In this document: positions 49,782 through 62,667 of the stretch, in pieces
Numbering within the stretch: position 1 is the first letter of the stretch
How the letters are laid out: each line of letters begins with the position of its first letter
Assembly: GCA_043228905.1 (NCBI GenBank)
Contig: JBHGNT010000006.1
Location: forward strand, 21,328,001 to 21,392,000
Direction: 5' to 3'
DNA length: 64,000 bases
From: Azolla caroliniana
Taxonomy: Eukaryota; Plantae; Polypodiophyta
Translations under genes and position numbers: made by a program
Notes under the pieces: model-generated
Database searches by the model: none
Seen by the model: the letters and a program-made list of their open reading frames with translations, nothing else
What the model was told of the DNA's origin: nothing

Positions 49782-52780
49782 GTGCATTTGCGTGGATATT
49801 CATCATTTTATGCAGGACATCTTAATAATCATTATTCAGGTGTGGTATTAATCCTGAGGGATAAGTATTATCCTCAAGTGGTGCATAATGATCCTTATGG
49901 TCGGTTTTTGGTTCTAGAAATCACTTTTTTTGGCGAGGTTGTGTGGGTGGTTGGGATTTATGCCCCTAACCAAGCCACTCAACGTATTGCATTATGGGGT
50001 TCACTCCTTCAAACCCTATCTATTGGATGTCCAGGATTACTTATGGGCGATTTTAACATGTGTGTTGATGCATTTCAATCCACGTCTGAACATTCAATCA
50101 TGGATGATCTTGAGCAACTTGCTTGGGACTCATTGGCTATGGAAGTTCTGAAGTTGGATGTTTGGACATGGTTGCAAGGGAATGATCCATGTTTTACCTT
50201 CCAATCTGCTCAACATAGACAAACATGGAGTCGGTTAGATAGAATGTATGTGATGCATGATGATTCTTTTTTACCGACATCACTTCGTATGAACGTTCTA
50301 CAAGATGTTGGAACTTCAGATCATTTTCCTATTTGCTTGGAGGTGTGTGATCATGCAATTGACATGTATAAATCTTTACTTGGAAAGCCTCCACTACGCT
50401 TTAACTCTTCTCTTTTGCTTCAACCTCACTTTGATTCTCTCATAGAGAAAATTTTGGTAAATTTTTCTCAACAAGTGAATCTTAAACGAGTTAAAGCATG
50501 GGATATCACATTACGAAACATTAACATCATTCATCTTATGTATGGAGTAACCAATGCTCAACGAAGAAGAGGTCTTATTCGACAATTCTCACAAAAGTTC
50601 TCTCTAGGTGTAATGCATTATTGATACATACACCATTAGATGAGGAGCTTTTGGATATTCAGAGTCAATTGCATGTTATTATTTCTCAGTTGCAATGCCA
50701 AAGTTATCAAGAATTGATTATGGTGCAATTAGATTTGGAGAAAGCTTATGATCATGTTAATTGGTCTTTTGTTTCTGGGTTAATGCATACAATGGGCTTT
50801 GGACCTTGTATGTCTCGCCTCATATTTTTATTAGGACAAGATGCAGTGTCTCGAGTAATGCTTAATGGGGGAGTTACATCAGATATTGCCCTCACAAGAT
50901 CCGTTCGTCAAGGATGCCCTCTTAGCCCATTGTTGTTTGCTATTGTTACTCATCCTTTGTTAGTGATGCTATCAAGACTTGCAATAAATGGTGACATTGT
51001 GGGTTTACACCTTCCGTCCGGAGGGCAAATAGTAGCTGAAGCTTTGGTGGATGATTCTTTCATGTTTTTACAAGCCTCATGGGAGAATCTTGAGAAGGGG
51101 ATGCTTGTATGGAATCAGTTTGCATTGGCTTCCGGATTACATATTAATTGGAGGAAGGCTAGTCTCATATCATGCACTAAAAGGGATTTGGAATGTTTAG
51201 GATGGCAAGGATCCATGGTGAAGAAAGGCTCTATTTTTCGACACTTGGGCTATCCATTAGGAATGAATGTTACAAATGGTCAATTGATTGAATGGATGTC
51301 TAGTAAGTTGAGGGACAAGTTCATGTATTGGAAGTCACAATCTTGGCCATTTCATGTTTGCTTGAAGGTTGTACAATGTATTATGGAACCCATGATATTA
51401 TATTACTTGCCATTATTTCCATAGACAAAGAAGGCGTTGAATTATGTTTTGCAACCTCTTCGATATTTGTTGTGGAAGAAGAGGGATAAGATGGGAATCA
51501 CATGGATTGCTTGGAATCATCTAGCAACCCCTAAGCAATTGGGGGGGGGGGGGGGGGTTGGAATATTGAACTTATCTATGCATATGATGGCTCGTAGATT
51601 TTCATTATTACAAGACATGTGTTCAAAATCACAACCATGGATATCTATTGTTCGATATTTCATTGAGAACAAGGGTTTAACACATGGGAGGACAACGATT
51701 AAGGCTTCATGGTGGCAATTACTGAATGGATGTATTTCACTTAGGATTTCGGGTTCTTCATGTGTTCAACACATAGTTACCTCATGGCAAGAAGCACTTT
51801 TGTTATGTGTATGGAAACCATCATCTAGTAGAGAGCATTGTAACTCTTTGCAAAAAGAGTTACTTGTGTCTTCTCGGTTATTATGTTGCCCAGGAAAGGA
51901 GAGATTGCATTCTCAATTTAATCATTTGTTTCGTTTGGGGGTCAAAGAGGTGGGAGATATAGTTGAGGCTCCATCTCAAAGAATTTTGGAGTTTACTGAA
52001 GCACAACAATTATTACGCATCCCGCCTAATTATGGGTTTATTTGGCAACAACTACAGAATATTGCATTGATGCAAGGTCCCTTACCTCTACAAACAGGAG
52101 AACAACCGTGGATTGATTGGAGTTTAAGGGGTCAAACACCATTGTTACAAGTGACTACTAATCTTTTGTATCATTGTTCCATTGAGTCTCTTGGATGGTT
52201 ATCATCTAAGGCTGAAGAAGAATGGAAAATACACAAATCTGATCATGGGTGGTGGAAGATCTTACAACGTAGTTGGCATTCTAAATTGCCACTTGTTGCA
52301 AAGGTATTCATTTGGAGAGTTTTGATCGGAGGATTGCCTTTGGGATTAGCTTTAAAGCGTTGTGGACTAGCAACGGGTACCTGCTTCTTTTGCACAGTTC
52401 AGATAGAAGATAGTACTCATCGATTTATACAATGTCCAATTTCTTGTCAAATTTGGAGTTACGTTTCTCAAATTTGGCAAGTTTTATCACGGAGTTATTT
52501 GACACCTAGACAATGGGTGTTTGCACAATTTACATAGGCTGACCCAAAATCAGAGATGGAGATTGTTTTCCTATTTCTGAGATATTGGGGATTGCGTCAT
52601 AATTGGAACATGCGCAACACTTTTGTATTTGATGGTAGACATGGAGTGAAAGCATATCTACGAAAGTTGAAGGGAGTACTAATGTGGCAATTTTCTTTAT
52701 TAGAACAAGTGGAAATTCTTTCCTCGGTGGAGTGTTCCTCTTGCTTATTGGCAATTCAACATGTTCCACTACCCATGTAG
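49782..52780 (+). pseudogene. LINE ORF2 (endonuclease-RT-zf-RVT), broken, with the N-terminal part of RT missing
   Basis: Four consecutive ORF fragments in domain order. Confidence 0.88.
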
Positions 52781-52879
52781 TGTAGTGTGGTTAGTGTGTG
52801 ACCATACTCCATTGTCACACGTTCAACCGGTAGGCTTCACGGCGATTTGAGAGGAAGGTCAACTCATATGCTAACTGAA

Positions 52880-54584
52880 GATTTAAAGCCGTTATGGCTT
52901 AAAGCAAGCGCCGAGGGTGTGGTACCCGAAGTTTGACTCCTATATCCGGTAGCTTGGATACAACCAGTCTGACTCCAACCCATGCATGTACATTCAGCAA
53001 TTAGCCGACAAGTCCCGGATCTACCTAATCCTTTACATCGATGACATGCTTATCGCAAGAAGCGATCAACCCGATATCAGGAAGCTAAAACAAAAAATTC
53101 ACAACAAATTCTTGATGAAGGAACTGAGAGAAGCCCGACACATCTTAGGCATGACGATATAGCAAGACGAGACGAAGAAGATCCTACAACTCTCCCAATT
53201 CAACTATATCCGTAAGGTGCTAAAGAGATTCAACATAGACAAATGGAAGTCGGCACCGACTCCACGCCCAAAATCGATCTGACCATCAAACATGGAATCT
53301 CCCTCTTCAGATGTAGAGAAAGAGATCATGAGCAAGATACCCTACGCATCAGTCGTAGGAAGTCTCATGTGTCCGATGGTGGCCACCTGCATATGTCATT
53401 GGTGCCACTAGCCGCCACATGTCCAATCCCGGAAAGAAACACTAGGAAGCAGTGAAGCCCATATTTTGTTGGATTCATGGAATTGAAAATATGCAATTAA
53501 CATTCAGATCGGACAATCTGACCGAAGTCAAAGGCTTCACCAACTCTGATTATGCCAACAACCCTAACAAATGGACGCCGACTTTAGGCTATGTCTTCAT
53601 CTATGGAGGCGGAGCAATTTCATGGAGGTCAAAAATCCAAGAATGTACGACACTCTCCACAATAGAGGCCAAGTACATCATTGCATCAGAAGCAACAAAA
53701 GAAGCAATTTGGCTACAATGACTATCGGTCAATTTTTTAGCCAAGGGCCGAATCGACCATCATGCTCTGACTCTGTATTGTGACGCACATAGCACAATCC
53801 ACCTCATTTGGAATCCTATCTATCACGCAAAGACGAAACATATTGAGGTGAGATATCACCATATTTGGGAGCTCATCATTGACAAAAAGCTCGAACTTCG
53901 GAAAGTAGATATAGAGGTGAACATTGGATTGCCTGATAGAGACACTCCAAAATCACCGCTTCAGAACACTGATGGGATAGATGGGACTACAACAACAAGC
54001 TGAGGAAATTTGGAAAGCCGAATCAGAGGAGAAGAACCGAAGGTCGAAAGAGCCGAAACGACCGAATAATCTGAAGAACCAGAATCGAGCACCGGGTCGA
54101 AGAGAGTCGAAGACCTAAAAGCCGAAAAGCCAAATGGCCTAAAGAGCTGAAGGACCAAAGGAGCCAACCGAGCCAACTCAACCAACCCCGAGTCGGAAAT
54201 TAGCCGAATAACTTCTAAATTATAGCTCTAATTTAAATTGTAATTGTAATTTAAGTTCACGGGGGAGATAACCCCAACTCAATGTAAACAATTAGAGTAG
54301 TCCTTTTATGGGGGAGTTTGTCGGGCTAAAAGTCCCACTCTACCCATTGTACTCTTAGTTTCAATATGTCCTCAATCTTAGGGCTTAGTTACCCTAACTA
54401 TAAATATGAGGAACTATATCTTGTAAAAATGAAGTTCCTGGGATTAGTAATGTTACAGTCTTGTTGAGCCATAACTATGTGAAGTTCTGTCTATCTCTCT
54501 TTCTCTCTCTATGCATACCTTCCTGATTGAACACTACACCATTCTATCTCTCTGTTGATTCATGCTTGCTTGGTCCTACTAACA
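52880..54584 (+). mobile_element. Copia 3' fragment: RT, RNaseH, PPT and LTR 54319-54584
   Basis: LKQAPRVWY, YIDDMLI, GGAISWRSK, KTKHIEVRYH; GGGGGAG then TGTCGGG...CTAACA. Confidence 0.82.
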
Positions 54585-54814
54585 ACAAGATCCTCATACA
54601 CTTCCCAATAAGTTGACCAACCTCACACAGTGTCAACTAAGACAATTTACACATATTTTCATCAGGAAGAGATTTGTGGTGACATACCCATAAGAACACT
54701 TTTATATTTTCGGCAATCTTTGTGGCCCATAATTGTTTCCAATATAGTTTCAACAAATCGGCATCCATTTCTTCCCTGGTCCAATTGCCATAAAGGTTTC
54801 TCTTCTTGTCATTG

Positions 54815-55260
54815 ATCTAGGACCCATGTCCTATTTTCTAGGTATTGAAGGATAAATAAATAAAACCCAAGGCACAAGCTCCCTATCTTCATCCAAATAT
54901 ATAGACACCTTTCTAGAACTTTTCGACATCATATAATGTATGCCCTTATCAATCCAACTATCACCATTTGTATTTTATTCTTACAATATGTTTCTAGAAC
55001 CACAATAGAATCACTTGAAATGGAGGATGTACCATGTAAGAAAATGATTGAATGTATTTAGTATCTAGGTAACTCAAAAGGATGGAAAATATATTTTAGT
55101 ATCGTTTTGTTATTATGATTCATGATTAACCCTAGACCAAAACATTGGCATGCTCTAAAACTTGTTTTTAGATAGCTTGAGCACAACAAATATTGTCATG
55201 TCACCTATGCATTCACACAACTAGACTCATACATTGTTGCATTAACTGATTGCACTAATC
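54815..55260 (+). pseudogene. Highly eroded copia RT remnant
   Basis: DLGPMSYFLGIE and FMINPRPKHWHALK-like translations. Confidence 0.55.
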
Positions 55261-55629
55261 CCAAATCCAAACTTAATTTCTCGTCTAATTCGGACTCATC
55301 TATTCTAATTGTGATTGAGGACCATCAAAATATCATCTTGTATGTGATCATTCTTGAGAAGGAAGGTTATCACTCTGCAATTAATCCTCTTGATATGAAA
55401 ATAATTCACACACACGTCCACTCATCCTTTTGGATGGAAATTTGAGTATGATACTCACATTGTCCTACTCATTGAACAAGTGGTCATATTTCTCACGACT
55501 TACCTTATACGTTGAGGGTGTGATAATTAGTAAGTGATATTCATCCTCCGCTAGGTTTTCATTGCATACCTTCCATATCTTCATGTTTGTGTGAGGAGGC
55601 CATGATGCTACCTAAACAACAAACTTGTA

Positions 55630-56199
55630 TGACTAAGTTTGAAGAAGTCTACCGGATAGCAAGTCAAATGCAAGGACAAGAAGCCAAAACCAAACCAAAA
55701 CAGAAAATGACACAAATCGTGAGACATGATATTAACGTGGAAAACCTGGAATGGGAAAAACCATGGGAGTGAACGAACTCCGAACTATATCATTATATAC
55801 TAAGGTATACAATAAGAAACTCTAAGGCAATGACCTTGAGTTCTTCTTCGTCAGGCCGACAGTTGTAGAGGAGTCACTCACACACTCTCACTCTCTTACT
55901 TTCACTTAGTTACAGAGGCCACAACCAACAACAACTATGCATACAATGATCATCAATCATCTCTAACTACTTGCCCTAAGTATATTTATACTCATATACA
56001 CAATATGAGCTATTTACAAATATAGCCCACTAAGGGCACATTGAGGCTATTTACAATTATATCCCCGAGTTGGCTTCAAGCAATTCAGCTATTAGCCAAA
56101 TCGATTATTATCTGATTTTTCGGCCTCAACTGAGTTACCGATCGACTCTAGCCGATCCGGCTAGTGCTCTTCCCATCCGGACGGACCTGTTTTTCCAAC
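55630..56199 (-). mobile_element. Probable solo LTR related to the Tork-like LTRs at 13018 and 62.7 kb
   Basis: AACGTGGAAAACC...GGGAAAAACCATGGGA...CTCCGAACTAT is the reverse complement of the conserved LTR block; ends are approximate. Confidence 0.65.
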
Positions 56200-57459
56200 T
56201 GTAAGATGTAATCTATCCTCAATGATCACACAAGATGACTGTGGACATTAGATACATATGTATCATTGAAGCATCACTTCGTTATAAACCTAATTTAAAA
56301 TAACTAGTTCACACCATCATTCTCAATGTGGACAATCTTCCTAACAAACCTAGTTCAATGTCACTAGCATATAACTTCTTACTAGAAGATATGACTACTC
56401 AACTTTAGATAATTGGAAGCTAAATGATATAGAGTTTTGATTACTCCCTTAGGGAAAAGGATTGAAAATTACTTTCTATAATGGAAATAATAAAAGCAAA
56501 TTATGAATATTCAAAATCGTTATTTATTTTTGAATGTAAATAATTATTTAATATGGGAAAGAAAAGTTGTGCCTTTGATGAGACATTATTAGAACACTAT
56601 TTCTTTACACCCTTGAATGTGGAGGCAGCAAGCACAAACAATATAGATAATTTTGCTTTTGATTTATTTCAATATATGATTCATAACTTACATAATAACA
56701 ATGAAATAAATATTACATCACTAAGACATCTATAGTTGTGATAGCACCGCTAGTAAAGAGAGGTATTGCATTTCCCAAGGCATGCAATTGCACATGATCG
56801 CATATCCCTATTTATGGATACGAAATAAATGTGTGTTTGTCCCATGTCTTTCTTGTGTATGTTACGCATATTTTAGATCAAAACTAAAATGTGTTTTTGT
56901 TAAAGACATCTGTAAGTTGACACTTTCCACAATAACTATAAAATGATGCATTGTAAACACAAAGATTTTTGTGATTTTGGCCAAATAGAATATGCATCGT
57001 ATTTCCTTGTTTGATATCATTAACAACATTCATAACCTCTTCATAAGATGATCTCCACACAAATGCTATGACCATCACAATTGTTATCTCCTATTAAATT
57101 TGTTGCAATCTCAAGAACTTCATAAAAATTACTTCTATGCATATATGAGGAGCTCAAGGCTAGTTCATTACAATGGTAGAGGAGACCGGTTCTATTTTGT
57201 TGCGTCTCTCAATGCTACATCTAACATAAATGCAAGAAAGAACTACAAGGTGAGGGTGAGGACACTTCGATGAGGGAGTTTTAATGTGGATGTGTCATAT
57301 AAGTTGTTTGAGGAAAAACATTGTTTTACTAATTGTCCAAGTGTCCTAAATTTCATGCACAAAAAAGAAATATTGGAACATTAAGAAAACTCTATTGAAA
57401 AATTGCTTACGAAATATGTGAGATTTTGTTCTCTTCACAATTGTTGATTGTTTTACAAA

Positions 57460-57566
57460 TACAATGAGACTCAAAGTGTTGGTGTTTCCAACTCGTCAAA
57501 GTGTTGATTGTAGTACAGTTTGGAATACCTTTGACGAGTTGGAAACACCAACCTTGTCTCATTGTA
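57460..57566. ncRNA. miRNA-like stem-loop (candidate novel MIRNA or tiny foldback element)
   Basis: Perfect 24-bp arms 57478-57501 and 57529-57552, plus 11-bp outer arms 57460-57470 and 57556-57566. Confidence 0.45.
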
Positions 57567-58611
57567 GCATTTAAAAAACATTACAAAAATTAAGCTACAA
57601 CATATGTGTATAGGAAAATCAAAATGTATTCTTTTGTTTATTCCTCAAAAAACAATTGTTTGGTGAAATTAGCTCCTAATCATATCAAAATTAACCTTTA
57701 GGAAAATACTTAAGATTCTAACTAGAACCAAGACTAGCAAATTAAGCATCTATTAGGAAATGTCAAGATTCTATTAGCTAGAAGTGCCCTAGGTAGCATA
57801 TGAAGATCCGAATTCAACTTATAAGTTCATGGGCACAATTACTCTTTCGAATTGGAGAGGATTTCGGATTGAGTGCGTTTTCATATCCACTTGCCGATGA
57901 ATGCATTTAGCGAATTGTGGTACGATCATGCGCATCATCTTGATCTCACATGAATCATCGATGTGAATAGGAATCTGGATTCCATGGGCAAGATACCATA
58001 CATATATGTAATTTTCTAGAACAATCAAGCTTAGTTCTCTAGTTCCTAATACATAGAGGCCTATTTTGGTCAATATCCCATAATAATCAGTTTAACTAAG
58101 TTTTATTCAGTTTTGTTGATCCAGTTATTAATCCTCCTTTACTTATCCTTTTGTTATTTATTTTGTTCTGGTTTTACTTTCATTGGCGCTTAGATTCAAA
58201 GTTTGAAACAGAGGAGCAAAAAAGAAGCCCTATTCATAGTTAATCAATCACTGTTGATTTCCTCCGATTCTGATGACTTTATGCAAATAACCAGAAGGTG
58301 TTAAATTTCAGTAAAATTATCCCCCAAAATGAAAACAAATTGGAGAGCCAAAACGGCTCAAAAAAGAAATTCTTTGTATCCTTAAACCGATCGCCCACAA
58401 AACCCAAATTTGCAGGATTTGTTTGTCACGGTGAGGGGTTTTCTAGATTGCCTTTTTGCTCTGTTAAATTATCCATAATTAATTTACTAAATTTGCATAC
58501 ATAATCACGGATTAATTCAAACAGCTCGGAAATCAATGATGAATAAATGAATCAGTGAGTAATTAATGGGTAATTACTGAAATCCTTTAATTTAATGTGA
58601 TCTCAAGACAT

Positions 58612-58866
58612 TTGGGTCAGCAAAAGAAGAGAGCAAAACACAGCCCTGATGATTTAGTTATTAGATATTAATATTCAGGTATAGCAGAAATCATTATTTA
58701 GGTTTGATCAAATAGGAATTGTCATATTGAGCAGAAATAATTGATCCTTAATAGATCCTTGTTAATGAAATTGATGTATAATTGATTGAATTAAATTAAG
58801 AAACTAGAAGCTTATAGATCATATGAAAATCAAGGCTGTGCTCTCTCTCTTCTGCAGCTGAATCAA
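58612..58866 (-). ncRNA. MIR529: MIR529 precursor (miR156/529 superfamily); mature 5p at 58833-58853, star arm at about 58625-58646
   Basis: Minus strand reads AGAAGAGAGAGAGCACAGCCU, the miR529 family sequence. It pairs with GGGCUGUGUUUUGCUCUCUUCU (one bulge, three G:U pairs that work only on the - strand); lower stem UCAGC/GCUGA; AT-rich loop of about 185 nt. Confidence 0.85.
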
Positions 58867-59040
58867 GTATAGTTTTGTTTGGGGGAGGGAGGGAGGGAGG
58901 GATTGATGTACAGAAAATATACAAATGATGTGTCAGAAAAATCTGATAGATTCAACCTTAATTATTCATTAGTATGATTAATCTAATATAAATATGAAAT
59001 TGTGTCTATACATGACAATTTCTATATGTATTTTACATAC

Positions 59041-59071
<31 letters not shown>

Positions 59072-59716
59072 GGCTTGTGTGGTTTTCTAGAACATTTGAA
59101 TAAAGGGGTACAAAAGGAAAGAAGAAGAAAACAAAATACTCCTAGCACAAACTTTTTCATATTTCCAAAAAATACCCCTGAGATTTAAACCCTTCATAGC
59201 CATCCTCTAGTACCCTAATTTCGTCGTTACTAGGTCACACACAATATATGTATGTTGTTATGTCGCAGGACTCGAATGCGTATAGTCCATGAGAGATGCA
59301 TAGAAACTTACCGAACATGTATACATATACATACATATATATATATATGATATATATCTCGGCATTTATCAATTTTGTACCATACACACACCAATGGCTC
59401 CGCCTGCCCCCTTCGACATTGTTCTGTAAATTATATCATCCTAAACAAAAACAACCCCAGTCAAACTTCTCCTCATTTCATTGAGAGAAATCTCGTACTC
59501 TACCCTTAGTAGCCGTGTCATATTCATCGTATTATATACTCGTTTTCAATGTTTGCTCTATGTTTTAGATATTTTGACCGGGCTCATGAGATAAGACGGT
59601 GAAACACGTTGTTGTTGACATGGCACATATGATTGGCTTCCCAAGTACACAAAATGGACACGTATATAATGGCCTCAACCTCATCACTAATAAAAATATG
59701 AAAATGTTAAAGATAT

Positions 59717-60004
59717 TGTACAAGATGCATAGGGCTCGAGAAATTACTCGCTATGAGTACTTACTTGTTCCACACATACAGCCAAGAGTTTATGGTTCCC
59801 AATGCCACCTTTCAATATTCTTACCTATGGACAACAAACTTTGGTTATTATGGTGATGAAAAATGTACAAGAAGGATAGGGCTTGGGCAATTGGTTGCTT
59901 TGAGTACTCACTTGTTCCACACATACAACCAAGAGTTTATGGTTCCCAATGCCACATTTTAATATTCTTACCTATTGACAACAAAGGTTATCATGATGAA
60001 AAAT
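59717..60004. repeat. Two-copy ~147-bp tandem duplication
   Basis: TGAGTACT.ACTTGTTCCACACATACA.CCAAGAGTTTATGGTTCCCAATGCCAC at 59754 and 59901. Confidence 0.85.
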
Positions 60005-62667
60005 ACGAGGTGTTACACATCCATGACTTGCCCCCTGCTACTAAAAATGAATACAGTTAAAAGCAAATTTCTCTGAGATCCATAATGTCCTATTTTAAGG
60101 AGGATTTGATTATGAAGGATGGCAACATAATGCCTTGGTGTATCAAGAGATGAACGTAGAATACCTATGGAAAAATAATATAATTAATGTACTCTAATAA
60201 TCTATTAGCCCTTCAATATGTTCACGAATAGCCAAGGCTTTTTTATCTCTTGTTTTCCTATTCAGAATGGTTACTATCATTAAGAAGATTATGATCTAGT
60301 GTTACCTTGCCTTGAATGTTTGAGAATCTAAACATATTCTTGCCCTTAAGCTCATTTTTAATTCATAATATCGTGTTTTCATGTTCTTTGTTTCTTAGTG
60401 CCCTTCATTTTTAATTGACAATATATTATCTTGATTCTTATGTAAGATAATATGACCATGGTATGAAATTAATTGTTACCTATCTTGACCTCGTCATAAT
60501 GTTCTACTTGATATGTATTATAGGGCTTATGTTCATGACTATGTTTTATATCAATGCCTTCATTGTCCCAATTTGTTGAGTTATCATCCATATTTCATCA
60601 TTTGCTTTGCAACATTAAAAATCGTTCCATGGATATAATTTTAGATATGTAGTACTTATACTTAAGATTCATTATTACAAATGTTGTCTTATGGATTGGT
60701 GCATTCCAATCAATTATAAACTTTGACATTATCATCAAGTTTCACTTTGCATATATAAAAATTACATCCTCACACATTCCACCTTTCACGTTTTTGCATT
60801 GTTAATTTTAGTTCAGACAAATATTCCATGAAGTTTTCATCAGTGTATGAAGAGGGGATTAAGATACTTTGACAAGTTCTAATGTTGAAAAGTTTCCACC
60901 TTCCTCATACTAAGAGCCTAGAATGCAAGATTATTTTCTAGAGAGTATCCAATTGTATTGATCATAACCCATTAGTACAAAAGTAAAGGTAATCATAGAC
61001 TCTTGAACAATAAATGTATATAATATGCATCTTAAGCATACTTGTGTATGGACGGAGGCACTGACCATACTGGAACTCTTAACCCACATGGGGCCTTAGT
61101 TATACTAGCTTTTAGTAGGTCACAAGGACGCATTGAACCTACTCACAACTACCTTCCCTACTCACAACATACTAGATTATACATCGACTCCTAAACCCCA
61201 TTAAATTTTTCCTAGTGTGGTACCCCTTGCCCACTAGACATTAAATAACTCTCCATACTACTATAATTTTCTCTATCGTTGTCCTTACCTTTTATATGTT
61301 TATATCTATTTATTGCCTTCGATGTAAAGACGTTTATTTTTAAGCCATTGATTTTATGCAAGTATATGCAACACACGTTTCAAAAAAATATCTTGCACAT
61401 GAAGCTACGTTCAGTTAAAGGTTTTCAATAGAACATTGTACTGATACAAAAAAGTGAGACAAATGCTTGAAAGAGGACCATTCAAAACCAAAACCATCAC
61501 ATGATGAATATCCATAAGAGTACCATGCTATGTTAATATGTCCACATGTGATAAACATTAGCCTCATTTACCTTTCACCTACTTAGATACAATGAATGAA
61601 AATAATGGAGCATAATTTAGGAACCTCATGTTAAATATATCCATGGTGCAATATCCTTCACCTAAAATGCTTAAAATGCAATGTATAGTAATAATATGAG
61701 AGATTCAAGTATGGAAATGGTAATTAATTTCACGTATGCATGTTGACTATGAATTCCTTACATATGGCTTACATAAGGCTTTAGGGATTGATAATGAATA
61801 ACAAGACTACTACATATTATTTGTGATTGTATGCTTGCGCTACCAAGTGTCCTTCTATACACTTCAATAACATATTTATGCATGTTTTGTAGAAAAATTG
61901 TGATTATAGAGCATGATACTTGTGTAGGATAATGACATCTTCAATCTTCAAATAGTTTTTTGTTTGTTTAACGGACAATGTAGATTGCTAATTTATTTCA
62001 AGGAGCATGTACATTGTAAGATTGTCTACATCCTCATCTATAGTGCTTATGTTTTAATGAGGGTATTCACATTCGTTTCCCTTGTTGTTTTAATGTGTTT
62101 ACAATCATGCGGACAAAACGTTTCCAACATATCCATAATTAGATTTCTTTTTGACATAGTGTTAGATGATAATGACATTTTACAACTTCCAAACCAATAA
62201 AATATTGCTATTCTCCTAGATATTTCATCGTAAAATCACATGCAAATTCCTTATCATCCGTACACAAACATAGACACATTTATTATACTTTCCGTAAAAC
62301 TTCTATTTTGTACGTGCTTCATTAGCCTACCATACCATGTACATGATGCTTTTCTTTACCTTACAATACGAGATCATTACTACATATATATCCTTGCGGT
62401 TGTACCATGTATACAATTTCATTTAAACTACCATTAAGAAAACATTTTTGACATCACTTTGATAGTTTTCGAAATTTGAATAACAAAAAGTAATATTACT
62501 GATCTCGAGCTCCATAGCAGGTGAGGTGCACAAGTACTTTAACAATTTGCTTATCACATGGAATGGGGATAAATGGACTGTGATGTGGATGAATGCTAGA
62601 ATGATATGTGGGAAATTCAATGATTCATGCATTAAAATGTAGCTGCTACTATGCATAAAAGAGAGGG

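Larger units (their letters stand above)
47750..52800 (+). mobile_element. L1-type LINE, near full length but decayed
   Basis: ORF1 with zinc knuckle CFGCGEWGHFMAEC (48540-49526); endonuclease GIYAPN, MGDFN, SRLDR, SDHFP (49782-50624); RT LDLEKAYD, VRQGCPLSP (50621-51424); zf-RVT CFFC...HRFIQC (51437-52537). Confidence 0.92.

Noticed and set aside
51541-51557. G17 run in LINE ORF2
   Set aside because: Homopolymer expansion or sequencing artefact in a dead element.
58833-58853. miR156/529 target site of an SPL gene on the + strand
   Set aside because: No SBP-domain exons nearby, and a star arm 190 nt away explains it as a precursor.
60050-62660. AT-rich stretch checked for genes or structure
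   Set aside because: No convincing ORF, splice pattern, repeat or hairpin found by eye.
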